Source: Dimorphilus gyrociliatus | Lineage: Eukaryota > Animalia > Annelida | NCBI GenBank assembly: GCA_904063045.1 | Contig: CAJFCJ010000010.1 | Span: 186,001-250,000, forward strand | Length of the DNA stretch: 64,000 nt | Direction of reading: 5' to 3' | Shown here: in pieces, positions 47,014 to 57,962 of the stretch | Layout of the letters: each line of letters begins with the position of its first letter | Position numbering within the stretch: the first letter of the stretch is position 1 | Made by a program: the position numbers and the translations under genes | The notes under the pieces: generated by a model | The model's input: the letters and a program-made list of their open reading frames with translations, nothing else | The model's database searches: none | What the model was told of the DNA's origin: nothing

Positions 47014-47229
47014 ATGAACAAACTTCTTATGTGCTTTTTGATTGTTGGAGTACTTTTCTCCCTGAACTGCGAAGCCTGCAAGAACAAGCCCAAACCAGAA
47101 ATAGATATTAAATGTACAATTAAATGTGCAAAATACAATTTCTGCCTTGTAAGAAGTGGAAATCCAAAATTGTGTAAAAAGCCAAGTGGATGTGTCTGTA
47201 ACCGATTTGCGTGGGAAAATGATAAATAG
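47014..47229 (+). CDS. Secreted cationic cysteine-rich peptide (71-aa precursor)
   Basis: Signal peptide MNKLLMCFLIVGVLFSLNCEA and a mature part of about 50 aa with C-x3-C-x5-C-x9-C-x5-C-x-C. TATA box CCTATAAA near 46851. 5'-UTR intron from GTAAGT (~46940) to TTTTAG 47003. Confidence 0.8.
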   Translation: MNKLLMCFLIVGVLFSLNCEACKNKPKPEIDIKCTIKCAKYNFCLVRSGNPKLCKKPSGCVCNRFAWENDK

Positions 47230-48867
47230 ATCAACTGAAAAATTCCACGAGATTTACGCTTTTCTCAAAAACAATAAGAACTTTTGAGATATTTCCTTTT
47301 AAATTATTATATTCAATACATTCTAAAGCTAATTCTGAAGCAATAATTGATATTGTTTTTTTGCTGTTTATTTTATATTTATCTTTAATTTACTTAGGAA
47401 AAACATAAACAGACGCAAAAAAAAAGAGAGCAAGAGAGATTATCACCTCTTTCTTTTTCTTCATTTAAAGTAAACATAGTAGAATCTTGAATACTTTTAA
47501 AACAAACATTGCTAGATGAATTGAATCAAAAGTACCAAATAATCAAAAAATATTCATCATGAACAAAACTATAAATAAAGAGCCTTAAAAAGCAAAGAGA
47601 AAATAACAAAGGGAAGGGAGAAATACTAAAGAGAGAGTTCAGTAAGGAGAATAAGAATTAGGATAAATTATAAGGTATATTCTACTTAAACTGCCTTTGG
47701 GTTCTTCCTCTCTGCGCCTAATTGTCGAAAATTCTCTCTAAATCCTATAGTATTTTTGTTCGTCAAATACTCTATGAGGACTAATGAAAAAGATGTTCAA
47801 TAATTTATACTTGCTAGACTTTATGTTTTACATAGGCCTATGTCCTATCCATTTCATTCCTCTAGATTACTATCCAAGTACAATAGACATAAAAAATATA
47901 CTGAAAGAAAATTTAACATGCTGATAGACTATTAGACTCATTCAAATAAAGAAGTATATTGTATTTCTTGAAGAAGATAAATAGTTAATTACCTGTCTCA
48001 TAAGGAATAGATGACAAACTATTTCCCCCCCATTTAAAATTTTGAATATTGCATATCAATTCCCCCCAAGACGATAGAGAGCTAACAAAACATATCGTCT
48101 TTATCACTTATTACTCAGAAATATGTCTGTGCTTTATTTCAAAATATCCTATTCGAAAACACACGACAAATATCTTGTCGGCTATTATGATATTCTTAAA
48201 AATAGAATCCTATGCTATTCCGCATCATTTCTTTTTTAGCCTAAATCCTCTTTAAAGAAAAGAGTAAGAAAGAGGAAGCCTTTGTCACCCGTCGTTGTGT
48301 GTTTGATTTTCGCTTGTTTTGTTTGTGTATGTGTGTGCGTGTGTGTGTGTGGGTGGACTAATGATAGTGCCATTCTAGCTCAATTGTAGGAGAAAAGTTA
48401 TCATTAATAAGTTATCATAAACTCCCTATATATATTTAAGAATCTTTGAAAGGAATACAATAAATACAATATATCATTATAAAAATCCATTCTCTTAATA
48501 TATTTAACGAGTTCCAGTATAGATCTTAAAAGTAACGCTTATATTCATTAGGTAGGAATGTTTTTTAATCTTATCAATCAATATCTCGTATCATTTTTCT
48601 TATTCGTTTACTAGTAATAATTTCGCGATAGAAATGACGAGTTGTAAAGACTTTACCCCTTCTCCCTCCATCTCTCCCGTCCCCTCTTTTCACTCTATAG
48701 TATATTAATGTTAGAATAATCGCATCTTTTCTCTTTACTTATTTATTTATTAAGCAAATATCTATTTTTAAAAATTATTTACAGTTTATTATTGTTATGC
48801 TTCATTTTTTATTGATTGTTTATATATTGCAGTTTTGAATGAGTTGAATGAATCAAATAAACGTTAA

Positions 48868-50455
48868 TTAGTATCCGATAACGGGTTGTTGATAATGATT
48901 TAATCGTCCAAGTTGTTTAACGTCCACCTCCTTAAATGTTACCGAATTGCGGGTTTTGCTTATCCCTCCATCAGATGCTACTGTTTAAGATTGCATTTTA
49001 TGAGATGAGAAAGGTTGATGCTATTACTATCAATAAAAATTAGGACGATTGTATTAACTTACATTTACTACTTCTCGCGCTACCACCTTTTTTAGACGTT
49101 GCAGTCGACTCTCTTGTTGGATTCTCTGCTGTACATTCGGGAGTAGCTTGTTCAACTGGAGGAAGAGGTTTCCTCGGTGCCAATTCACCTAATCCTAATT
49201 TCTTTCCAAATCTTTTCGGATTTTCTAATCTTTCAAGTTTTCTCACCTCCAAATGTCTATTTATAATGTACTGAGCCTGAAATGACGGTCAATCTTTAAG
49301 AAATAATACTATCATTCACTAAGTTGTAAAAATATAAATCTATTTTTAGCCATTTTAAAGTGTTTAATATTTTAAAGATAAATTGTCAATTATTCATTAA
49401 ATATGACAGATTCACTATTATTCTTAATAAAACTAGTCTATTTCGTCGTTAACATATTATATAAAATAATACGAGAAACAATAGTTCAATTGGCTAGATT
49501 ATAGAAAAGAGTCAAAATCCAAAAGTCCCTCTAAGTTTTACCCTAAAATACATTTAGAATTTTAATAGAAAAACTTGCAGATGGCGTTGTAGTACTATAA
49601 ATATAATTTGAGAAGTTAAAGACGAATCTCTGAAGTTTGATAGAGTTTCTATTATAAATTATTAAATTAAATCATTATTTATATTGCAAATTTAACTAAA
49701 TTGATTCAATAAAGACTTTAGATTCTTTGTTAGGAAGAGACATGATGATTTTACAAACCTGCTGCTGTCCACTAATTATATTATGGTAGGCCAAAATTTC
49801 AGTATTAGATATGTTGTTTTTAACGGATTTTGTTGCAGTTGATCTAGCGTGCATAGGCAATCTCAATTGATAAGATCTATCAGAAAAGTCAATTTCACAT
49901 TCGCGGGCAGATCTTTTGACTCTGTTTATAATGAGAAGAATGTAAACATTAGAAGAGAAGTCGTTTCCTTAAACATGAATAGTCTTACTGTCTGTTTGTA
50001 AGCATTTCGTAAAGAAAATTTATCAAGGAATTAGCTGCTCCTTCCTTACAATGAATGGTTCCCTCTATTAGTTCATTTGGTAGGTTTATCTTATGCTTTC
50101 TAAAAAACTATTTTCAAAGGGAAAAAACAACAACAACAACTTTTAAACATCATAATCTAATAGTTAATATTTCACCAACTAACATCTTTAAGATAATCCC
50201 AATTCAATGATTTCTTACTATAAGATGATCCTTTGTTGAAACAATGAAGATAGATTTGATTTGGATAGTACCATGAAAATATCTCGCCAAGCAAATATCC
50301 GTTTGATAGATCCCTTTAAATTTTTATTTAAATTTTTCAAGTTAAAAATTGTATTTATTATTCAAATTTACACCTTACCATTTAGCATTTTGTATTTGCC
50401 AAGTTAAATCCAAAGATTGCAGCCACTTTAATACTTCTCTCGGTAGACCGGCCAT
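48868..50455 (-). CDS. SPATA4: Spermatogenesis-associated protein 4 (CH-like domain, SPEF1/SPATA4 family; mostly missed by the ORF track)
   Basis: Six exons splice to [43 protein letters not shown]...GSSYSKKSLNWDYLK...IEGTIHCKEGAANSLINFLYEMLTNRQVK...DFSDRSYQLRLPMHARSTATKSVKNNI...FKEVDVKQ, matching SPATA4 motifs (GTIHCK, YQxRLP, RST). Confidence 0.9.
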
Positions 50456-50473
50456 TTTGTTTTGTTTCTCTTA

Positions 50474-50487
50474 GTTACCATAGTATC
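50474..50487. promoter_or_regulatory. X-box-like motif in the SPATA4/MND1 bidirectional promoter
   Basis: GTTACCATAGTATC, one mismatch to the X-box consensus, 18 bp upstream of the SPATA4 ATG. Confidence 0.45.
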
Positions 50488-50681
50488 CATGGTGGCTACC
50501 AGTCTTTTATTCAACGAGAAACGGCTTAATAAATTTTCCTATCTTAATGATATAATAATTATTCGTTTCTCATTAAATCGATTTTAAGGAGATACTTAAT
50601 TACCACAAGTTTTTAGAAAAATGTTGTTATTGTTTTTCGGCGCGTTTTTTCACAATTTCCTAACGGACAATCAATATAAAT

Positions 50682-51644
50682 ATGGCAAGTTACTTTAGCT
50701 CACAAAATTTAAGTTTTAATTAATAGAAAAACAAACAGTCTCTTCTTTAATAGATATCTTTCTGCTAGTTTGTAAAAACTAAAAGTCTACTTTATGCCTA
50801 AAAAATCTATAATGTGCCAATTTTCACGAGGTATCTTTTTTCGTATATAGTCAAAGAAACGAGGATTGAGTGCTGAAGAGAAGAGGATACGAATGTTGGA
50901 AGTATTTCACGAGAAAGTATGAAATTAAGTAAATAATACCAAGGTGAAGGTAATAGCATTCTATGAATATTCCAGAAAAGCTTCTTTCAATTAAAAGAGC
51001 TAGAAAAAATCTGTTCAAAGGAGAAGGGAATTTCGAGTATGACCGTGAAAGATGTTTTGCAATCTTTATGCGATGATGCTAAAGTCGATACAGAAAAAAT
51101 CGGCACCAGTCTATATTATTGGTCCTTTCCCAGCAAAGAATTTATTCAACTAAAATCATCCTCGGAGAATCTGGAAAAGTCTGCAAATGAGAAACAAAAG
51201 CGCATTTCGTCAAAAGATAAAGAAGTTTCTCAGCTGTCGGTTGGAAAGGAAGATACGGTTCTCAACCAACAAATAAATAGTATAATTTTGCTCTCTAACT
51301 CAATTTTATATCTTCGATTAGGAAGAGCGAGCCACTTACATAGAGGAAATAAAGAGGCTGGAAGAAAGGTTAGAAAAATCTCGTCAACAACTTAAAGCTG
51401 TGTCTGCTTGTGACCCGGAGGTTAAAAGTTTACATTCCACAATGTTATTTTAAAAATTTAAATATCTGCCTAACAGTTTCTAGAACAATTAACAACTGAG
51501 AAGACTGTGTGTAAGGAAGCCGCGAATCGATGGACAGAGAATTTGTTTACAATAAAATCCTACATAACGAATCGTTTTAACATTGAAGAAGGAACTATCA
51601 ATAAACAATTTGGTATACCTTCTGATCTAGATTACGTTGAATAA
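50682..51644 (+). CDS. MND1: Meiotic nuclear division protein 1
   Basis: SKKRGLSAEEKRIRMLEVFHE, FQLKELEK..KEKGI..MTVKDVLQSLCDD..VDTEKIGTSLYYWSFPSK, KEAANRWTENLF, FGIPSDLDY. The start codon is best placed as an ATG-only exon with a GC donor at 50685. Confidence 0.95.
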
Positions 51645-51927
51645 TACCATTTAGAGAAGAAAATCCATATTATTCCTTCTTTTGTGTGTGTGTGTGTGTG
51701 TTTCTTCCATTTTTTAAACAATTCATTAATTACTTTACTAAAAAGATCGTAAAATATTTACCTTTTTTTTCCACTAATTTCGACATTTATTAACCTAATT
51801 TAGCATTAAAACGCCAATAATAAATAAATAAAAAACACTCGAAGTATAAACAATAAAAATCTTATTAGAAATTAATAAATCTCTTTAGGGAAAATTAAGG
51901 CTAAACTAAAGTAGATATGTATTAGTA

Positions 51928-51969
<42 letters not shown>

Positions 51970-53295
51970 GAAGTATTGCATATAAATCAACGCGTTATCT
52001 TAATTAATTATATAGGTATTAATAATTAATAAATAATAAGCTTCTTTTTTTCAGTTAAGAGTTTTAGTCAAGTTTCTTATTTATTAAACTTGAAGCTATA
52101 TATTGAAAAAAAAGAACCTTTTTTTTAATATATATTTTTTTGGGGACTATGACCAAGGTGGATGCAATAAGTCTTTTATTCTCTGGAGACACGTCTTTTT
52201 TTTCAGTAAGTACGATATTTCTATAAATTTTCTATAGGCTTTTTTGTTTAGTAAATCTCGAACGTTATTTTTTTTAGCTTTATGAAAGGTCAGATCGTTT
52301 CCTATAACTCCACCAGGTTGCAGCACAAATTTGTCAGTCGTTTTCATTTCATCCAAAGAAAGTATATTTTGAATTTGGATCTTGATGATGTTATGACGTT
52401 AGCTAATAGATTTCTAGTAAGTTCTCTTAATCTATTTTATTCTTAATTTTCATAAAAAGTTTACTGTTTTACTTGAGTGTATTAAATCAACTTTATAGAA
52501 TTATTACCGAGAAGTTTAATCTAAAACAACGAAATAAATTAGTTAATACGAGGTCAATGACTTTTCACACTGATTCATAAAACGCAAGAGAGTATGCTTC
52601 CGACTTTAAATAATAATATATTATTGCGTAACCAAAATGGCTGCAATAAAGGTTTCTATCTGCCATTTTTAATATGGCATCTTAAGCGATAAGCCAAAAC
52701 TCTGACCTTTTAAAGTCCCTTAGTAAAAATCGATTGTAGCTTTTCGATTCGATTTAATACAAAAAGGTAGGATTTTTAACGTTTCCTGGTTTATTTTCCT
52801 AAGTGTTCTTTAAAAGCTTTGTTTTCTCTTTTAAAAAAAAGTAAAAAAAAAACTATGTATCCTTATAAGGCCCAAATTGCCTGGGAAAGTACGAAACCAG
52901 TTTACTATAAAAAAAAAGTGTTCTTGTCATAATTGACATAGATATGTACTATAACAAAGTAGACTATGAGTGAGTTTAGTCCAATTTCTCTACATCTGAG
53001 AAAATTTATGATTTATTACTTTTTGTAGAAGCATTTCAATGCACTTATTGATTAAATAAGTCTTAGGCACGTGTTTTTCATGAGTGAATTGACAAAAGGT
53101 GCTGATTGGTCATCGCAGAGATAAAACAAAAAAGCGCGAATTTCTTAGGCAGCTGTGTTTAACCAATCTATGTAATTTCCTATTTTCACTAGATAGAGAC
53201 AAAGACAGCGTGAAAGGTCAATCAGTTTCTAGAAAGTTTTGCAGATTGCGTAAAAAGATCTTCGTTCAAGCTAGTCAATATCTCACTTTTCCAAA

Positions 53296-54380
53296 ATGGT
53301 CTCAATCGACTCGGACCAATTATGGATGGTGATTACTGGTTTTATTATAGCATTCGCCCTAGCATTTGGAATTGGGGCTAACGATGTAGCTAACTCGTTT
53401 GGAACCTCTGTTGGATCGGGTGTTCTAACCCTTCGGAAAGCTTGTATTCTAGCAAGCGTATTCGAGACTCTCGGAGCAGTTTTATTAGGTATATTAATTA
53501 AATATTCCATTTTGGATTGTTACTTTATATAAATTTGGATTTTTTTTTCTCTTCTATAAATTAGGTGCGAAAGTATCAGATACAATACGGAAAGGAATTA
53601 TAGACGTGACGCCCTATCAGAATGACACATCTTTATTTATGGTTGGTAATGTTGCAGCCCTATCTGGTATATTAATCTACTATATATTAATTATCTATTT
53701 AAAATGTTACTTCTAATAATCTAGTAATCGTACTAATATTTTCTTTTCCTTCTTCCTCGCAAATTTTTCTTCATAAAATAAGGCTCGTGTGTTTGGTTGC
53801 TAGCCGCAACGTTATTGAGGATGCCTGTATCGGCGACACATTCTATTGTTGGAGCAACTATTGGCTTTGCTCTTGTAGCCCATGGTTCTAAGGGGATTAA
53901 TTGGCACAAATTAGGTCTAATAAGTAAGTAAATTCTTTTTAAACTCGCAAAACAAAAACGTTTTCAGTTCCATCAATTTTTTTTGTAAAAAGACATTTCG
54001 AACTAAAACCCGGACAAGCTTTCATTCGTCATAGGCATATCGTAGATAAAAAAAGACTATGTAAATTCAAATAATAAATAAACTTTGTTATCAGCTGAGA
54101 TTATCGATTCATATATTTTATTGAAAATTTTTTCATTTAATCAATGAAAACTCGGTGAAATACCGTATTGAATAGAGAGAAAGGGTGTGATATTTGATTA
54201 ACCATTCAACCATTCTTTATACATTAGTTTACATTTGAATTCAAAGAGAAAACTTGTATTTTAATAGAAGAGAAGAAGTAGCTTTTCTACGAAAAAGCGA
54301 ACACAATAGGTTAAATAATACTTTGAAAAGTAAAAATAAAAAACTTTTTGCCTAGTCTTACAACTTTGATGAGGACTTTC

Positions 54381-54423
<43 letters not shown>

Positions 54424-56098
54424 CTACAAATAAGTAGTTTCAATAAAAAAGAGAATTTTTAATACTATCATTATAATTAAATTAAGAAAATTCGATAATG
54501 TAATAAAGTATGAAATGACTTAGAATATGGAGAAAATATAAAACAAATAATTTATTGACTAAGGAAGTTTTTATAAAAGAGAAAGAGAGAGAGAGAGAGA
54601 GATTGATATATAAAGATAGAAGGAATAGAAAATAAGAAAGAAAATAGAGTAAGATATGACTAATATAATATTTTAATAAGAAAGGGCTATTTAATTGCAT
54701 ATTAGGGAAATAGAGATGATTATTCACGCATTTTTATATTTTAAATTGATTAAATACAGTTGGTTCCTGGTTTATTTCTCCAATTGCTTCGGGAATCGTT
54801 TCAACATCGTTATTCTATTTTTGTAAATATTTCATTCTGAGAAAGAAGGATCCATTGGAACCTGGTTTACTATTTTTACCAATGTTTTATGGAATAACAA
54901 TTATAATTAACTTGTTTTCCGTTTTTTATCACGGACCTAAAAGTAAGAGTTTTCTCTTTATTTTCCTTCGATTGTTAATCAGTGTTATACTAACGATTGT
55001 ACAATATTATCTAGTTCTCCGTTTTGATAAGATACCTTTATGGGGAGTATTTATTATAAGCTTTGGATCTGGTTTAATAACAGCTGTACTAGTGAGACTC
55101 GTCATTGTTCCTTGGCAGAGGAAAAAAATTTTAAGTAAGTTTCTCGTTAAATCAATTAAGAGCATTAGTAAAGGGCTGTCCAACTTTTTTAATGGTTGCA
55201 TTGATTGTTTACAGGACATTGCAAAGATTTTAAAGGGGAGAACAATGATAATTTGGTACAGGTTGAATTCGGAAATACTGCAGAGAGTTCTTCAAATGGA
55301 TGTTCGCACAAAAATTTCACTCAGGCTTCGGCCATTGAACTAAAAGAAAAATGCGTGAATCTTTCTCCACCTGATGTTAAAAAAGCAATCGAGTCTAAAG
55401 AAAATGTATCAGATTTAAAGGAAATTATTGATAACTCGGAAACTAGTCTAACAAATGAAAAAGAACTAGTCGACAAATCTAATGAAATACAGATTAATGG
55501 TGAAGCTAAATCGATTCCTAAACCCCCTCTTGCCCTTGAGATTCCTACGGAAAATCAACGCTCAGTCGTAAAAGATAGACCAGAAACTGCTAGATTGTTT
55601 TCTTTTTTACAAATTCTTACGGCGATTTTTGGATCATTTGCGCACGGTGGAAATGACGTTAGCAACGCAATTGGGCCATTAGTCTCTCTCTGGCTTGTCG
55701 GAACCCAAGGAAAGGTTTTCGAAAAAGCGCCAACTCCAATATGGATTCTCTTCTACGGTGGTTTTGGCATATCAATTGGCTTATGGGTATGGGGAAGACG
55801 AGTAATAAAAACGTTGGGCCAGGATTTGACAAAAATTACACCTTCCAGTGGCTTTTGTATAGAAATAGGTTCGGCCTTAACCGTTTTGGTCGCCTCGAAT
55901 ATAGGCATACCCATAAGTACAACCCATTGCAAAGTAGGTAGCGTTGTTTGCGTTGGTCGATTTAGATCAAGGCAAAATGTCGATTGGAGCATATTTCGAA
56001 ATATAGTATTCGCTTGGTTAGTTACATTACCAATTGCTGGTGGAATTTCTGCTGCTATGATGGCAGCATTAAAACTAACGTTAAAAACTGATTTCTGA
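53296..56098 (+). CDS. SLC20A1: Type III sodium-dependent phosphate transporter (PiT/SLC20 family)
   Basis: Signature motifs [47 protein letters not shown] and [12 protein letters not shown]. Six coding exons. SLC20A1 versus SLC20A2 orthology cannot be resolved, probably a co-orthologue. Confidence 0.93.
54386..54420. repeat. (CT)n microsatellite in a SLC20 intron; (GA)n near 7846-7875 and (GT)n near 48325-48350 and 51683-51700
   Basis: Direct dinucleotide runs. Confidence 0.9.
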
Positions 56099-56800
56099 AA
56101 CTGCTTCTGTTTTAATCTTGTGTTAAAAAAAAGGGAAAAAAGGTTATTTTGAAGATTTAAAAAAGTATGCATCAAACATTGTTTCATGAACATTCCGTAC
56201 TTGTAGTAGACTTGAAATACTGCAACTGTACATTGTATAAATATAAATATTGAAACTATATGCAATATATACTGTTTATATACATCTGTACAGTAATTAT
56301 ACAGTAAACATACTGTAAATATATATATATATATTTATAAAAGGAGCAAATATCAAAATTTATGAATCTATTTAAAAGCAAAAAGAATGAAAGATCTAAT
56401 ATTTTATCACAAATGCAAACGAATAAATGACTTGAAATTCGAACTCTACAGAATGAACATTTCAAATGATTCACTAAATAAGACTACTTGTCAATAAACA
56501 AATAGAAGTTGAATATGATAACGTATATGAATGGATAGAATAATATAAATATATTGTTTTTCTATATTGTTCACTTTTCCCAATAGTAAGTAACTTTTAT
56601 TTAGTGCAATTCTTTTCTATTTATAAATCAGACATACTTTTAGGCCCAACTAATCAAAAACAAGCAGATATTTTATATCTTTCACAGATTATAACGTTCT
56701 AAAAACAAAAAGTTTATTAGCTTCTTCTTTATTGTTAATAATCGTTCTTGTCAAAAAAAGAGATAGTATTGACATAGTATTGAAAAGTAAAAAAAAAAAC

Positions 56801-56872
56801 TGGAGAATCCGGGGATCGATCCCGGGACCTCTCGCATGCTAAGCGAGCGCTCTACCGCTGAGCTAATTCCCC
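56801..56872 (-). tRNA. tRNA-Ala (anticodon AGC)
   Basis: Reverse complement GGGGAATTAGCTCAGCGGTAGAGCGCTCGCTTAGCATGCGAGAGGTCCCGGGATCGATCCCCGGATTCTCCA folds as a cloverleaf with the G3:U70 Ala identity pair. A downstream oligo-T Pol III terminator follows (A-run just below 56800 on +). Confidence 0.95.
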
Positions 56873-57400
56873 ATAGTTAGAATAAGGCTGCTTTTGCGTT
56901 ACTACTTACTTTAGGACTATATAAATGTTATCAATTTAAGCGGAAAGTGACAACACTAGTGATGAAATTTTTGGCATTTATTTATTTATATCTCAAACGG
57001 TTAAACTAGGTCTCAAGAAGATAGTTTAGTAATAAGATTATAAACTGTAGATATTGGACACCGTGACCTTCAAATCTTAAAAGACATCACCATTATTCGA
57101 CTGGCACGAGATATAAAAAGGGGTAAAAATGTTTAATTGGCGAGACCATGTTATCCTTTTCTAATTACTATTCTGATAGGAGAAGAAGGCAATTTCTTTC
57201 CAGCAAGAGGAAGTTGTCACTCAAAAATGGTATTTAATTAGAGATCGATGTCTTAATAGAACTGAAAAAATGTTGTTAATATAAATTACTTAAAACTATG
57301 AAAATTAGTTTTATTCGAATCTTTAGTGAAACACGTATCCCAAATATTTACAACTAAGGGCAAATAATTACCTCACTTCCATTACAGTAGTGGTTTTTTT

Positions 57401-57435
<35 letters not shown>

Positions 57436-57962
57436 TAGTATATAACACACATTCACTCCTAACTCATGCTCTCATTCCAGCTAAAAGACTTTTCCCTTGC
57501 AGGTGCTTATTTTATAAAAAGTTGCCTTAATCGTTTCTTTCGTTTACCTACTTATAATAAATTATTACAAGTTCTCTTTTAGCCTATTTTTCTCTTTTCT
57601 CTATCAAACAACATTTAACCAATAAAAAACTCACTGTTTTACTTCGTGAAAATTTGCGCAATAAAAATATCAAGATTTCATCTCTAATTAGAATTTTAAA
57701 GATTATCCAGGAGATTTTAGCCTATATACCAAACTAACCAAAGTACATCATAAATAATATATGGTTGTTGTGTAACACTTCATCCTTGTATAGGCACTTG
57801 ATAGTTTATACATTTTTATTATAGATTGCATTGCAATTCAAATTCTTAGATGATCCTTAACCATTTATTCAATTATTCGAAATTGATATTTTAATAAATA
57901 AAATAAACATTGTCAAATGAGGACGGATAATAGGAAAAATAGTGTTAAAGGTTATATTCCAG

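Noticed and set aside
50831-50850. U12-like GTATCTTT donor before MND1 exon 2
   Set aside because: It would make a 20-nt intron and supply no start codon.
55753-56265. 170-aa - strand ORF
   Set aside because: Antisense shadow of the SLC20 coding exon.
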